A stretch of 64,000 nucleotides of DNA. Origin: a virus. The stretch is taken from the IMG/VR virus record IMGVR_UViG_3300028840_003168; one strand, written 5' to 3'. The notes under the pieces were generated by a model. The model was not told the origin of the DNA and ran no database searches. It saw only the letters and a program-made list of their open reading frames with translations. The position numbers and the translations under genes were made by a program. Shown here piece by piece: positions 42,726 to 51,946 of the stretch (positions within the stretch are counted from its first letter, which is position 1; every line of letters starts with the position of its first letter).

Positions 42726-43100
42726 ATGAAACACTCAGACTTCATAAAAAATGTGAACCAGCCTCAACGCACCGCCCAGGAGAAGGGCTACCAGGGCTGG
42801 ACTAACTATGAGACTTGGGCTCTCGCGCTGTGGCAGGACAATGACCAAGGTCTTTACCAAATGATTCAAGAGATGGTGGCTGAAGCAGCACAAACCGATC
42901 CTGGCAGAACTGGTGAGGGTGTTCGTGGTGATGACACTATCGTCCTGGCTGACATGATGAAGGACTTCTGGGAAGAGATGTATCCCGAGAACTTGGATGG
43001 CCCCTGGTCAGACCTGCTTCGGGCGGCATGGGATGAGATAGATTGGTACGATATCGCTGAAAGTGAACTGGCCGAATACAGGCTTCAGAACGAGGAGTAG
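42726..43100 (+). CDS. leader-B protein with conserved phage GWTNYETW domain
   Basis: ATG 42726; MKHSDFIKNVNQPQRTAQ followed by GYQGWTNYETWALALWQDND. Confidence 0.8.
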   Translation: MKHSDFIKNVNQPQRTAQEKGYQGWTNYETWALALWQDNDQGLYQMIQEMVAEAAQTDPGRTGEGVRGDDTIVLADMMKDFWEEMYPENLDGPWSDLLRAAWDEIDWYDIAESELAEYRLQNEE

Positions 43101-43104
43101 ACCG

Positions 43105-43926
43105 ATGAAACTTCAAGGAATTTTAAATCAAGGCATGCAGAGGATCGCCAGGGCCGTGATTGCTCAAGAGGAACCGATGGGACCGCCCATGGATGAACCT
43201 GAAGGCACCACAATGCCCGAGGGTGGTAAGCCCAAGGTGCTGGGGGTAGAGAAGCAGGCTTGGTCCTCTGGCGGATACAGCGGAGAGGTCACAGATATCG
43301 ATGTGTTTTCTTCGGCAGCAGCGGAGCAAATGATGGCTCCTTTTGAGGAGGTTCAGGTGTCCGAGGTTTTACAGTTTCTTCAAGATGAGTATGAGGTCTC
43401 GCCCGAGGAGCTTTTAGAAGAATCTGGCAAAAGTCACCCTGACCAAGGCTTCATCAGAATGAACGCTCCCGAGACTGTGGAAAACATGCATCTGGGAGAT
43501 CTTCGGTTAGCTGTCAGGGGTGCTAGACTGGGTTTCAGTGGGAATACCTACAATACGAGCTGGTGGGGTCCTACCTTCGACTACACAATGCTGCCTGAGG
43601 GAGACTCGGATGAGCCTTATGCGGGAGGTATCCTTCTTATCCGAACCCACGAAAGTGGTGATGTACGAGGAGGTTCTTGGGGTTCTTATAGCGATGACAA
43701 AGCATATCGTATTGGCTCCTATGCTGAAGAGGTTCCTTGGTACGATTTGAGGCTGACTGTCATTCTGAATACGGATAGGGGTGAGGTTCTTTTAGACGCT
43801 GAAGACGACGAGGCCTACCACTTCATTGTTGTGAAGGACGAGACAGGGACTTTCGGGACAGATGATTATGTAGATTACGACAATCTGATGGAGGCCTTCG
43901 ATTGGGAAGGTCAGCATCTCTGGTAA
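43105..43926 (+). CDS. leader-A acidic protein
   Basis: GAGGAG SD, ATG 43105; starts MKLQGILNQGMQRIARAVIAQ. Confidence 0.8.
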   Translation: MKLQGILNQGMQRIARAVIAQEEPMGPPMDEPEGTTMPEGGKPKVLGVEKQAWSSGGYSGEVTDIDVFSSAAAEQMMAPFEEVQVSEVLQFLQDEYEVSPEELLEESGKSHPDQGFIRMNAPETVENMHLGDLRLAVRGARLGFSGNTYNTSWWGPTFDYTMLPEGDSDEPYAGGILLIRTHESGDVRGGSWGSYSDDKAYRIGSYAEEVPWYDLRLTVILNTDRGEVLLDAEDDEAYHFIVVKDETGTFGTDDYVDYDNLMEAFDWEGQHLW

Positions 43927-43993
43927 ACAAAAGGCTCCGATGAGCCTTGACAATATTTGACAACGGACCTGCGGGTCCACGGAGGGAAAGAAA

Positions 43994-45322
43994 ATGGCAA
44001 AGACAATTAGGATCACAAACTTACTGGCAAACCCGATTTCGGTTGGCCCGTATCGGATCATCAAGGGCGGCTACAAAGAGGATGACCTGGCGACAGTCCA
44101 GGCCAATTCCCAGACCATGGCCGACATCCTGGAGTATCTGAATGACAGCTACATCAGCGTTACCATTGACGGCGTAGCCGCAGGCTACAACGAGATGGAC
44201 AACTCGCTGTACGTTCCGACTGCGGACTTCAACCTGGCAGGGAGCATCGCCGCGGCGGCGGACTTCCCGACTGCTCTGGCAGTCACTAAGGGCGACGTGT
44301 ACATGATCACGGCAGACGTGACCGATGACGACGCCTCGAAGACCAACACCGGCCTGTCCTTCCCTGCCAATGGGGAAATCGTGTGGAATGGAACTACCTG
44401 GACCCCATTCGGCGACCAGGAAGGCTTCAAGTCTGTAGCGGCGACCCCGTACACGGTTCTGGATTCGGACGGCGTTATCTTAGTGGATACTGTGACCATC
44501 GGCGCCCCCTCGGTCGTGAATCTGCCCACAGCGGTGGATAAGGCTGGTAAAAGGATTACTGTTCAGGATTCTACTGGTGGTGCTGCTGCAAATGCGATTG
44601 CGGTCACTCCGGATGGTACTGAGGAGATCAATGGTGTGAATGCTCCTGTGAGTATTGCCACTAATTTCGGTCAGGTAGCTCTCATCTCGGATGGTGCCAA
44701 CTGGTTGAATGCCGCTGCTGGTGGAAGTGCTGCGATTGCTGCCAATACCGCTCACCGAACTGGTGATGGTTCGGACCACGCTGACGTTGCAACGAACACT
44801 ACCCACTCTACAGGAGATGGAAGTGACCATGCTAACGTGGCTACTAATGATACTCACGTTGCTGGCGACGGTTCGGATCATGCTGATGTGGCGGCAAACT
44901 CCGCAGATATTGCAACCATTATGCCCAAGTTAGTTCAGGTTGTTATTACGGCCACAGGTGGTGTCGGTGGCGCCACGGCGGGAACCATCTCTGTTCAGGT
45001 CAATGACCTGGACGGGAACCCCGTTACCCGTGCAGTGAAGATCGCGCTCGATTCCAGCTTGACCCAGTTCGCAGGTCCTCTGGCCGCAACGGGTACGGCC
45101 TTCTTCGGCGCGGCGACCACAGGCACCTTGAACATTGGTAGCGGTGCGCTGTCGGCAGTCGTCACCACGGACGCCACAGGCCTGTACGAGGGTGCTCTGG
45201 CCGATGCTGCTGATGAGACGGCCTGGTTCAGCGCCAGGACGGTTCCTGGCGGTGCTGCGGCTCTCACAGAGGGCTGTGTGGTAGCCGAGTGTGTAGCAGA
45301 CGACGCGACCTGGACTGCGTAG
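43994..45322 (+). CDS. putative virion structural/fibre protein with His-containing repeats
   Basis: A/T/G/D-rich; WNGTTW; three HxxGDGSDHAxVAxN repeats. Confidence 0.7.
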   Translation: MAKTIRITNLLANPISVGPYRIIKGGYKEDDLATVQANSQTMADILEYLNDSYISVTIDGVAAGYNEMDNSLYVPTADFNLAGSIAAAADFPTALAVTKGDVYMITADVTDDDASKTNTGLSFPANGEIVWNGTTWTPFGDQEGFKSVAATPYTVLDSDGVILVDTVTIGAPSVVNLPTAVDKAGKRITVQDSTGGAAANAIAVTPDGTEEINGVNAPVSIATNFGQVALISDGANWLNAAAGGSAAIAANTAHRTGDGSDHADVATNTTHSTGDGSDHANVATNDTHVAGDGSDHADVAANSADIATIMPKLVQVVITATGGVGGATAGTISVQVNDLDGNPVTRAVKIALDSSLTQFAGPLAATGTAFFGAATTGTLNIGSGALSAVVTTDATGLYEGALADAADETAWFSARTVPGGAAALTEGCVVAECVADDATWTA

Positions 45323-45325
45323 TGA

Positions 45326-45559
45326 ATGAAGCTCCGAGGCATCTCTGACGGAGCCATAAAGAGGATTGCCGGGACTATGTCAAAAGAGTCCGAAGCATAT
45401 CCCGGCAATCTTGGCTTCGTAGAGATGTTGGAGTTCTTCAAGATAGCCTCTCCCGAGCAGGAGGCTGAGATGGACCGCATGCTCGACGCGGGTGACTACG
45501 AAGGAGTCTGGGATCTCCTCAGGGAGGTTACGGGCCATGACCTGGAGGAGTTGAAATGA
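45326..45559 (+). CDS. leader-A protein with EAYPGNLGFxEM domain
   Basis: Starts MKLRGISDGAIKRIA. Confidence 0.8.
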   Translation: MKLRGISDGAIKRIAGTMSKESEAYPGNLGFVEMLEFFKIASPEQEAEMDRMLDAGDYEGVWDLLREVTGHDLEELK

Positions 45560-45798
45560 AACTTGGAGGACTCTCATCTAAGAGTGTTGGGCGTATTGCT
45601 AAAGCTATTAAGGGAGAGGCTGGTTCGCCTTCCAGTGACCGCATCCTTGAGGTGGCCGGTAAGTTACAGGAAGTTGTCAGTGGCCTGGAGTTCATTGCTA
45701 AAGATAGTACTTTCGCGGATGTTCTCACAGAGAAAGAACTCTCTAAAGCGGAAGAGGCCGCTGAGAGTTTGATGTCTCTCATTTACGAGACACCTTAA
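45556..45798 (+). CDS. leader-A protein
   Basis: Starts MKLGGLSSKSVGRIA. Confidence 0.8.
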   Translation: MKLGGLSSKSVGRIAKAIKGEAGSPSSDRILEVAGKLQEVVSGLEFIAKDSTFADVLTEKELSKAEEAAESLMSLIYETP

Positions 45799-45845
45799 TT
45801 GGAGGATCTCCGATGAAGGTTGGTTCTGGTATATTATAGGATAGC

Positions 45846-46244
45846 ATGAGACTTCATGGGTTACAGGATAACGCAGTCAGAAGGATTGCTAGATCTGTGG
45901 CCCGACAGGCATCCAATGTGGAAGGTCTGGAAGCTCCGATTACTCTTGAGTACCAGGTATGGCCGGGAGATCCCCCAAAGCCGATTGTCATTCAGAATCA
46001 GGAAGCCTTAGATACTTTGGTTGAGGCAGCTCTTTGGTTAGGTGAGGAGTGGGAGCGTCGGACAGTAGCGGTTGAAGATGGTACCTGCACTGACATTTAT
46101 TGGGTAGGCGACGAACAGCGTGTTGGCTGGACAGACGTACACTCAAGGTTCCCCCGTCTGCTGGAATTGCTAGGTGTCGATGCCCGACTCGCGCTCGAAG
46201 GAATGAAGAATAAACTGGGCATTGAACTCAGGGAGATACAATGA
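45846..46244 (+). CDS. leader-A protein
   Basis: Starts MRLHGLQDNAVRRIA; TGGTATATT upstream. Confidence 0.8.
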   Translation: MRLHGLQDNAVRRIARSVARQASNVEGLEAPITLEYQVWPGDPPKPIVIQNQEALDTLVEAALWLGEEWERRTVAVEDGTCTDIYWVGDEQRVGWTDVHSRFPRLLELLGVDARLALEGMKNKLGIELREIQ

Positions 46245-46399
46245 GCCCACAAGAACACCCTTACGACAACCCAGGATACCTGACAAACATCTTCGAGGAG
46301 AAGCGCAAGCACCTGACCCCCGAGGAACGCCAGGACGATGACGAAGCCTTTGCCGCCTTTGCGGATTGGATGCTGATGGAGGAAGACGATGAAACTTAA
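46241..46399 (+). CDS. 52-aa acidic protein (not in ORF track)
   Basis: GGGAG SD, ATGA overlap; MSPQEHPYDNPGY...MEEDDET. Confidence 0.6.
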   Translation: MSPQEHPYDNPGYLTNIFEEKRKHLTPEERQDDDEAFAAFADWMLMEEDDET

Positions 46400-46769
46400 A
46401 GGACTGTCGGACAGGAGTGTGGAGAGGATTGCCAAATCGGTTACGGGTCAGGAAGATGACTTTGAAGATACTGAAGATACTGATGAGTCTTTTGCGGAAA
46501 TCAATCCTGCATTTCCAGAATATGTCCAAAATCTTCAAAGATCGTATAATAGGGTAAGCCCTGAAGATTATGCCCAGCATAAGAACCTATTAAGTAGACT
46601 CGTTCCTCTAAATAAGGACATTGATCGTTTTGCTCGTGATTACGAATGGCTTTTTTCACCAGAAGAATTTAGCGTGTTGCAGGATGCTAGAGTCCTTTTG
46701 GAGAACCTTTCTTACCCTCTTTCTCTTTTAACAGTAGAAGAAGATGATAGGCCGTTAGTATTTTTTTAG
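46389..46769 (+). CDS. leader-A acidic protein
   Basis: Starts MKLKGLSDRSVERIAKSVTGQ. Confidence 0.8.
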   Translation: MKLKGLSDRSVERIAKSVTGQEDDFEDTEDTDESFAEINPAFPEYVQNLQRSYNRVSPEDYAQHKNLLSRLVPLNKDIDRFARDYEWLFSPEEFSVLQDARVLLENLSYPLSLLTVEEDDRPLVFF

Positions 46770-46780
46770 AGAGAAAAACA

Positions 46781-47050
46781 ATGAGACTCCAAGGTCTTCC
46801 AAATAAGTCCATACTAAAGATTGCAAAAGTCATACAAGCTCAGGATCAAATACAACGTGTGGCTCCTGGGTATTATTCTTTCACAAATAATTATGGCACA
46901 ACAGGTGAGATATTTCGTCTTGATGAGGGTGTATGGCGTGGATGGTGGGTAGTTCAAATTGATAGATATAATGTAAGTGATCCTGTCAGAACTCTGTCAG
47001 AAGCTAAAGAAATAGCTTACGAATGGGAAGCCGATACGGGGTTCTATTGA
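46781..47050 (+). CDS. leader-A protein
   Basis: Starts MRLQGLPNKSILKIAKVIQAQ. Confidence 0.8.
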   Translation: MRLQGLPNKSILKIAKVIQAQDQIQRVAPGYYSFTNNYGTTGEIFRLDEGVWRGWWVVQIDRYNVSDPVRTLSEAKEIAYEWEADTGFY

Positions 47051-47452
47051 AAACCAACCGCAACACCTTTCATTCGGGGTTCTGTCTGGAATGCTACACT
47101 AAGACCATGGTCATTCGGTTCAAAGGCAAACCTACCTGTAGGAAATGTCTTGTTCAGTATGATGACTCGCTGGCTGTTGAGGACTACATCTTCACCACAG
47201 ATAACTGCGTGAACTACAGTCGCGGAGAGTTCATCAAAGCCACCAGGAGAGGCTCCCTGCCGGTATGACCTCTACCAAGCAGGAAGAGAAGGACGAGGCC
47301 CAGAAGGAGCTCCGGGCTATCAGGGACAGTGTTTTCGAGGTCATGCAAACCATCGTGGACGGCGAGTGTAAGAACAAAGCTCTCGGCCACTGCGAAGACA
47401 TTGTGGCTCATCTCAAAAAGCTCGGGGAAATCCTAAAAGACAGGTCCTAAAT

Positions 47453-47474
47453 CTTGCAGTTAAAAAACTGCAAG
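47453..47474 (+). terminator. hairpin after the 47265-47450 CDS
   Basis: CTTGCAGTT-AAAA-AACTGCAAG. Confidence 0.45.
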
Positions 47475-47505
47475 AAGAGAGTTTCGATCTTTTTTTGAAC
47501 CTCAC

Positions 47506-47872
47506 TCAGACTTTTTTGGTATGTTAACCAGAGGTTTAACCTTCGAGCGCAACCTCCATATATTTAGAGCCTCCAAAGTACCTCGAACACAGCTGAGGTT
47601 CTTTAGTTCCCTTCCTTTTCCCCCTTTGGAAACCCCCATATCCATCCCTTATTCTCCTCCAATCATTTATGCTATTAAACTTATGGCTAAAACTTAATAT
47701 TATATGTTACACTCTCTATTGGCCTATTAATTGGTACGTTTTTCGTATAATTAGTACTATTTAGAAAAATGTATACGGTGAGAAAAATTGGGAAATTTTA
47801 TGCAAGGGTAAGTATAATCATACAATTTGCATTTTTATGTGAACGGGGCTGAACCTTTTTGGTATGTTACCT
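47506..47872 (+). promoter_or_regulatory. AT-rich non-coding region bounded by two promoter motif copies
   Basis: TCAGACTTTTTTGGTATGTT (47506) and TGAACCTTTTTGGTATGTTACCT (47850). Confidence 0.6.
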
Positions 47873-47887
47873 ATGTGGAGGTGAACC

Positions 47888-48265
47888 ATGTCTGATGCGA
47901 ATGTTTGTTTTTCGGTGGGTGGTGAAGAGATTCTGAAGTTGGAGAAGGATGGGCCAATCCTTCTGCACGGCGAGGAGATCGCCAATGACGAAACTCTGTA
48001 CCGGGATTTCATGAGGCGGCGGGAGATAGCCGAGGAGTCGCCTATCGAGGATGCGGGTGACCTGCCCGAGGACTCGCCCTATGGCCCTGGGACGATTACT
48101 TTCCAGGTTACCGGTGAGGCCGAGCCTCTTATCCGCATGGACCTCGGGGGCATCCGGGTCCGAGGAGAGCTTACCGAGAATCCCAAGAAGATAGTGTCGG
48201 CTTTGCGTGAGTTCCTGGACAGAGCCATGGTGGATGTCAAAGCCGCGGAGGACGCCGATGCCTAA
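47888..48265 (+). CDS. hypothetical protein with internal duplication
   Basis: FSVGGEEILKL..G.ILLHGE resembles FQVTGEAEPLIRM..G.IRVRGE. Confidence 0.7.
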   Translation: MSDANVCFSVGGEEILKLEKDGPILLHGEEIANDETLYRDFMRRREIAEESPIEDAGDLPEDSPYGPGTITFQVTGEAEPLIRMDLGGIRVRGELTENPKKIVSALREFLDRAMVDVKAAEDADA

Positions 48266-49031
48266 GCCGAGTCCCGGATTACGTCTGAACGGGTACCAGC
48301 CCGAGGCCCGGTGCAAGCTCTGCAAATTCTCTGAGGTGGACCTGCCGCTGTGGGTGGAGGTCCATGAGAAGGTACTTCATGAGGGTTTGAGCAACGCCTC
48401 GGTGATGTCCTGGCTGAACGGGCGCATCGATGTGCTGAATGCCCACAAGGAGGACGAGCCGCCGATTACCAAGTTCAACGAAGCAAATTTCTCAAAGCAC
48501 TTTAGTAATCACATATCCGAACGTGATATGATGCTTCAACATGTGAGGAAGCTCATGAAGCAGAGAAACGAGAGAGATTTGAACAAGCTGCCTCCGGTGG
48601 TCCAGGCCGCTGCTGATGGTACCCTTCAGGATGGTGGTCCGGTTATGAGTTCCTATGCCGCTATGCTGGAGGACATCGCGTTCCTGAGGGAACTGTTGGA
48701 TGAATTCAAGAAAGCCCAGCGCAAGAAGACGACGCCGATTTCTCCGGTGGACCTGACGAAGATACAGTCTACCATGGCTACTATTTCCTCGATGACTTCC
48801 AGCATGACAAAGTTCATTGTTACCGGTGGGCTGGCCCGGACTGCGGTGCAGTATGCTCTGGATGCACAGGGCAGGGCGTGGCTTGCCGCGGTTGACAAGG
48901 GGCTGGAGTCCGTCTCGCACAAGCTGACGCAGGAGGACCAGGACTTGTTCAAGCGGTCGGTGTCCGATGACATCAAGATGGCTCTCAGGGGTGTCCACGA
49001 GGACTTGACCCGTAAGTTCAGTTTTAAATAA
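48258..49031 (+). CDS. putative terminase small subunit
   Basis: RCKLC...FSKHFSNHI N-terminal domain, helical C-terminus, located upstream of the large subunit. Confidence 0.5.
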   Translation: MPKPSPGLRLNGYQPEARCKLCKFSEVDLPLWVEVHEKVLHEGLSNASVMSWLNGRIDVLNAHKEDEPPITKFNEANFSKHFSNHISERDMMLQHVRKLMKQRNERDLNKLPPVVQAAADGTLQDGGPVMSSYAAMLEDIAFLRELLDEFKKAQRKKTTPISPVDLTKIQSTMATISSMTSSMTKFIVTGGLARTAVQYALDAQGRAWLAAVDKGLESVSHKLTQEDQDLFKRSVSDDIKMALRGVHEDLTRKFSFK

Positions 49032-49036
49032 GGGAT

Positions 49037-49512
49037 TTGCCAATGGATTATTTTGAGAAGGACGGGCTGGTCAGAAATGCTCAGGGAATCCCTTTGGGCC
49101 GTGTTGTGCTGGCCGAGCCCTACGTGAAGGGAGAGGACATCAAGGTGGCCACGTTGACGGTCCCAAAAAGCCAGAACGGGAGTCTGCTTGGTTCCACGTA
49201 TTATGTTGATGGGCTGCCTTACAAGCTCCCGGCTGACCTGCCCGAGGTGAAGATTACCCGGTACCGGAACCGGTGGGTTGCCGATACCTTTGTTCTGGAG
49301 AGAGTGGAATGATTAGAAAGCTACTCAAGACAATGGTTTCCTGTGTGACTCTCCCATTGGTGCTGGTCAGGTTCGGTCATATTCAACAGGATCTTGACGT
49401 TCTCGAAGGTCGGCTTATCGTGCTTGAAGGACGGTTGGTCAATATAGAGAATGTCTTGTTGCTAAACCAGGAGATACGCGCTGGCACCGCAAAGCGACAG
49501 CCCCAGGCCTGA
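49037..49512 (+). other. two small hypothetical CDSs (49037-49312, 49309-49512)
   Basis: Coupled ORFs. Confidence 0.6.
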
Positions 49513-49534
49513 GCTGGAGTACCACGAGTCTTAT

Positions 49535-51685
49535 GTGAACGAGTGGCAGCTGGGCCGTTCTGCTGTGGTAGACGAGGAACTCACCTATCTTGCCACACCT
49601 GCACCGAACATCATTGAGTGGGTAACTGGAAAGAATTTCTGGAACGTCCCGAGTACGTTTAAACATTGGGGCCAGTACCAGCATCTCCGGGACATGTTCA
49701 ACCTGAGATGCAGGATCTGCAATTCGCAGAAGCCCGAGGACATCTCCTGCTGGGGGAAGTCCCGAGAGTACCTTGAGTCGGAGACTCTTCTGACCTGGGA
49801 TATGGACTACCAGGATTTTGTGTGTCCCTCGTGCAGGACCACGATGAACGAGTTCATCAACGATGGTCTGCTAATTCCCTACAACGATCTGATCCTCATC
49901 ATCGGCATGAGGGCGGGTAAGTCCTACACGGGTGCCCACATCGGTGGGTACGTTGAACACTTTGCCATCTCTCAGGGAGTCAAGGCCAGGGGCGACCTCC
50001 AGCGGCTGCTCGGGGTGGAGAAGTCCGAGTGGCTGGAAGCGACCTTTGCCGCGTCCACCGCCACCCAGGCCCAGGACACCATCTATGCGAAGTACCGTGA
50101 GATGCGGAGGAACTCTCCTTGGATTCAGAGGTATGTTTCCTGGGTGAAGGAGCAGGAGAGAAAGCAACCGGCCAGTCGGGAGATGTGGAAGTACAAGCAG
50201 CTCGATGACAAGATACTGGATGGGTATCTTCAGGTTCGGTTCAACCGGATTGCATCGGACTCGGCAGGTGTTGCCGGTAAGACTCGAATCTTTGCCAGCA
50301 TTGATGAGTGGGCGCGTCTGGTGTCCACAGAGAGTTCCAGGTCTGCTCAGGAGCTGTGGCGTGTGCTGAACCAGAGTCTGAAGACGGTTCGGTCATATAC
50401 CATGCAGCACGGTCTTATCACGTTACCTTTCACCTGGATGGCTAACGTTACCTCCCCTATCAGCCAGGACGATCCAGCGGTGCTTCATTACAGGAGGTTC
50501 GAGGAGGGCGAACTCCAACGGACATATGGACATTGGTGTCCTACCTGGGAGTACAATCCAGGCATGCCTCGGGAGGCTTTTGACGACGAGTATGCCAAGG
50601 ACCCTCTCGGGGCGGAACGGGATTTCGGCGCCAACCCGCCGAATGCAGCCATGCCCCTGATCGACGACCCTATCCGGTTCTGGGGGTGCGTAGACTTCGA
50701 GGCCAAGCCGATTGCTGAGTTCCAGGAGGATTACCGAAGCGATCCCACGGGGAAGATGTACATTTCTTCCAGTGTGGCCGATTGCGCCCTGGTTCCTCGG
50801 ATACCCAGGTATATCTTCATGGACGCTGGGCTGAACTTTGACGCCTTCGGTATTGCCTGCGCCCATCCCGAGTGGGTGCCCACCAATGTGCTGTACGAGG
50901 AGGAAGAGGACGCAGAACCCATTGCACGAGGCCGTATTGAGCCCTCTGGTGTCCGCAGACACACCACTGTAGAGGAAAGGTTCGGTATCCATCCAAGCGG
51001 CCCACAGGCCATGGGGCTGGCTCCTGTGAGAGGCCCCTATCAGAAACCTGGGAGCATCGCGTCCAACGCGCATCCTGGTGAGATGCTGGTGACCGTTCTG
51101 GACTTCGTTATGAGACTTGTCCCGACGCATGATCGGGACATCTGGTTTCAGTCCTTGGTGGACATTGTATCGGTACTCAAACAGAGATTGAACGTAGCCC
51201 TGGTATGCGCGGACCACTGGAGCAGCGACAGTACCTTGCAGCAGATTCGTGACCTCAACATCATGAGCCACAAAGTTTCGTTGAAGGCCGAACATTTTGT
51301 GATGTTTGTCCGGTCTGCCTACAATGGCAGGGTAAGGATGCTTCCACCGGCAGAGAGTGACAAGCTGGCCCTGGACTCCAAAGGAAACCTGCTCCTGGGA
51401 TCTCAGCAACCGGATATGTCGGGGCCTGGGGTGGCTCTTGTAGAGCTTCTCAAGCTCAACAGGTCACCGGATCTGAAGAAGGTGTTCAACCCCAATAAAG
51501 GCCGGGTAAGGGGCGTGGACTCGGACGATCTGGCCTGGTGTGTGGTCGGGGCGCATCACATGGTTCAGGACTCGGTGATAGATCGTCAGGCCGATAGTTT
51601 GAAGCGCAGGGAGAGCAGGAAGCGCCAGGTTGTCAGCCAGGGGGCTTTTCGTGGTGTGGTTCTACCTGGAAGGGGGCGTCGGTAA
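49535..51685 (+). CDS. terL: terminase large subunit
   Basis: IIGMRAGKS Walker A, FASIDE Walker B, ERDFGA; RNase H-like IFMDAG...D, CADHW, SDDLA. Confidence 0.85.
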   Translation: MNEWQLGRSAVVDEELTYLATPAPNIIEWVTGKNFWNVPSTFKHWGQYQHLRDMFNLRCRICNSQKPEDISCWGKSREYLESETLLTWDMDYQDFVCPSCRTTMNEFINDGLLIPYNDLILIIGMRAGKSYTGAHIGGYVEHFAISQGVKARGDLQRLLGVEKSEWLEATFAASTATQAQDTIYAKYREMRRNSPWIQRYVSWVKEQERKQPASREMWKYKQLDDKILDGYLQVRFNRIASDSAGVAGKTRIFASIDEWARLVSTESSRSAQELWRVLNQSLKTVRSYTMQHGLITLPFTWMANVTSPISQDDPAVLHYRRFEEGELQRTYGHWCPTWEYNPGMPREAFDDEYAKDPLGAERDFGANPPNAAMPLIDDPIRFWGCVDFEAKPIAEFQEDYRSDPTGKMYISSSVADCALVPRIPRYIFMDAGLNFDAFGIACAHPEWVPTNVLYEEEEDAEPIARGRIEPSGVRRHTTVEERFGIHPSGPQAMGLAPVRGPYQKPGSIASNAHPGEMLVTVLDFVMRLVPTHDRDIWFQSLVDIVSVLKQRLNVALVCADHWSSDSTLQQIRDLNIMSHKVSLKAEHFVMFVRSAYNGRVRMLPPAESDKLALDSKGNLLLGSQQPDMSGPGVALVELLKLNRSPDLKKVFNPNKGRVRGVDSDDLAWCVVGAHHMVQDSVIDRQADSLKRRESRKRQVVSQGAFRGVVLPGRGRR

Positions 51686-51853
51686 ATGGCTAAAAGACCG
51701 AAAGAAGTAAAGAAAATCGATATAGAGTATCTGGATATGGATGAGGAGGATAAGCCCGAATGCTTTGAGAGCTGGGAGGAGGGCTGCGATGAGAAACTTT
51801 GTGGTCCCTACTTCAAAGAGTGTAAGTATCAAAGTACGACAGAACCTTTCTGA
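51686..51853 (+). CDS. 55-aa Cys-rich protein (not in ORF track)
   Basis: ATG directly after the terL stop; PECF...C...C...C. Confidence 0.55.
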   Translation: MAKRPKEVKKIDIEYLDMDEEDKPECFESWEEGCDEKLCGPYFKECKYQSTTEPF

Positions 51854-51946
51854 ATAATTTCGATTTCGCTTTAGAACCACCAACAAATTTCATTTTATAA
51901 TTCGTTTGATGAGGTACTAGCCTCTATCGAAGGGATTTTTACGATC

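Noticed and set aside
7906-47050. Leaders as Sec/Tat signals or RiPP precursors
   Set aside because: They have no hydrophobic core or twin-arginine consensus, the cargos are protein-sized, and no modifying enzymes or transporters lie nearby.
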